64,000 nucleotides of DNA, from NCBI GenBank assembly GCA_036785375.1, contig JAWMAR010000193.1, positions 3,224,001 to 3,288,000 of the forward strand, read 5' to 3'. The notes beneath the pieces are model-generated. The model was not told the origin of the DNA, did no database searches, and saw only the letters and a list, made by a program, of their open reading frames with translations. Within the stretch, counting starts at the first letter, position 1; each line of letters opens with the position of its first letter. Of the stretch, positions 62,266-64,000 are shown piece by piece. Source of the DNA: Leucoraja ocellata (lineage: Eukaryota). The position numbers and the translations under genes are program-made.

Positions 62266-62661
62266 TACAAAGTGCTGGAGGAACTCAGTGGATCAGGCAG
62301 CATCTGTGGAGGGAATTGACAGGCAACACTTTGGATTGAATCCCTTCTACAGATTGTCAAAATAAGGGACCACATCTGAAGGTGTCCCAACCCAAAACAT
62401 CGCTTGTCCATTCCCTCCACAGACGCAGTGGTGAATCTGGGGAATTCATTGCCACAGTAGGCTATGGAGGCCAAATCAATGGATATCTCTCATATGGAGA
62501 TTGTTAGATTCTTGATTAGCACTGGTGTCAGAGATTAAGATTGAATGGCCTAATTCTACACCTGCACCTTATGGACATGAACTCATGCTGCCTCCCCTGC
62601 TGAGTTCCTACGGCACTTGGTGTTTTGTTCAAGAGTGCAGCATCTGCAGAATTCCGTATCT
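62266..62661. mobile_element. Fold-back Penelope-like element with a CR1 3' fragment (about 62427-62585) inserted
   Basis: gcatctgtggagggaattgaca / tgtccattccctccacagacgc arms; right arm resumes tgctgcctcccctgctgagttcct. Confidence 0.75.
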
Positions 62662-63636
62662 CCAGCATTCTGCTTTTACATATTGAACATCACACTTTTT
62701 ACACTTTTACATCACACAAATTACACTTGGCGTCTGCGTTTTCTTTACACATAAACTACAAAGTAACTTTTTAAAGGAGATTTGCTTCATGTACAGTGTA
62801 TCGGAGAATGGTCTGCTAACAGCTCAAGTTATAGTGGGGGGTGGGGGTGGGGGGGGGGGGGGGGGGGGGGGGGGGAGAGGAGAGGGAGTAAAAGGAGGAG
62901 TGAATATGTTTCTCTAGGGACCCATCTTTACTTCATTTACCTTGCTCTGGGTAATTTTGAGATCCAGCAATCTTAATTTTAAGGGCTGGTTGCAGGAAGT
63001 GCTCACTCATTCCCCAACCCAGCTGTTACTATTTGTGCTCCTAGGTTACGATATTTCTCCTGCAGTCTTTCTCAGTATATTTGACTCACACGAACATGTT
63101 GTGGGATGAGCCAATGCTATGAATACCTCTGTTGGTCCCAGTTGTACAGATCTATTCCACATTGTCTCCCAGTATTTCAAAAACAACACCATTAAGATCT
63201 TGACACAAGCTTAAATTCCAGCGACCCACACTGGAGTGTAGTATAACCAAATGACTGACAGAATGGCAAGCAGCGGGGCCTTGTAAAGTCAGTTGGACTA
63301 AAAAAATACATTCTGTAGTTTGATTCAATCTAAATGAGCACCACAAGAGGAAATTCTAAAGTCATATTCTAATTTATTTTTTTTGACAGAGACAAGCCGA
63401 ACAAAAACTTCTGAAAGCAATTTCAAGTTGTCAGCAGAAAAAAAAGCAGAACAAAAAATGTCTTTCCTAAAATAAATATAAAAGTGACTCACCCTGTGTC
63501 AGTTCATATTGGCTGTGGTAAATGATCCAACATATTTTTTCAGTCAGTGTTGCAGTATGTCTGGCCTAGATTGGATTATCACTGTACACCTATTACTCCT
63601 CTGATAAAAGGTGTCTGATCGCTTCATAATAGCTTA

Positions 63637-63925
63637 TAACATAGAAGAGGGAATTCAGTCCATTCCATCCATGCCAGCACTGAGGGCAATCCCATCCATC
63701 CCATTTCCCCAGGTTTTTGATCATTGCAATGTCTTCTCTCTCATATGCCCATCGACTTCCCCTTACTTCTTTTGTTACCCAAATATACTAGGGGTGAATT
63801 ACCTGTTAACTAGCTCATTGGAATGTGGGAGGAATCTGAAGCCCACTTGGTCAAAGGAAGAATATGCAAACTCTATAGAGACAGCCCCAGAGATCTGGGT
63901 CAAATCCAAGTCGCTGTGCTGTGAA
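63637..63925 (-). mobile_element. Old HE1/V-SINE-type SINE
   Basis: ttggaatgtgggaggaa...gaagaatatgcaaactc core. Confidence 0.6.
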
Positions 63926-64000
63926 ATTCTCAGTATACAATGGTTCTTAAATACATGAGGGTAAAATAGTGAAGAGTGACATTCTTATTTTCCAAACTCA

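Noticed and set aside
62835-62876. Poly-G tract as a functional G-quadruplex
   Set aside because: Simple homopolymer of uncertain length with no supporting context

Overview
Vertebrate non-coding DNA dominated by transposable elements. The repeat set (HE1/V-SINE-type SINEs, several CR1/HER1-type LINE lineages, Rex1/Babar LINEs, Deu-domain SINE relics) points to a cartilaginous fish, probably a skate or ray; this is an inference. I can support no host protein-coding exon. The credible ORFs are LINE endonuclease or reverse-transcriptase remnants, and there is a 229-N assembly gap. The main signal is a family of about 20 short Penelope-like 3'-terminal repeats carrying a minimal hammerhead ribozyme motif (consensus GU-CUGAAGA-A-GGGUCUCGACCC-GAAACGUC-AC). 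Many copies are fold-back palindromes. Several have 8-14 bp target-site duplications (TSDs), two show compensatory stem II changes, and two copies 54 kb apart share the same 26-bp 3' flank. Also present: a lone Gypsy-type LTR with a tRNA-Trp primer-binding site, two non-autonomous Helitrons, two Harbinger MITEs with perfect TWA TSDs, hAT-like elements, a tail-swapping non-autonomous Rex1 partner, and multi-level nested insertions. Coordinates were read by eye. Boundaries of degraded elements are approximate, and family names were not confirmed by any database search.
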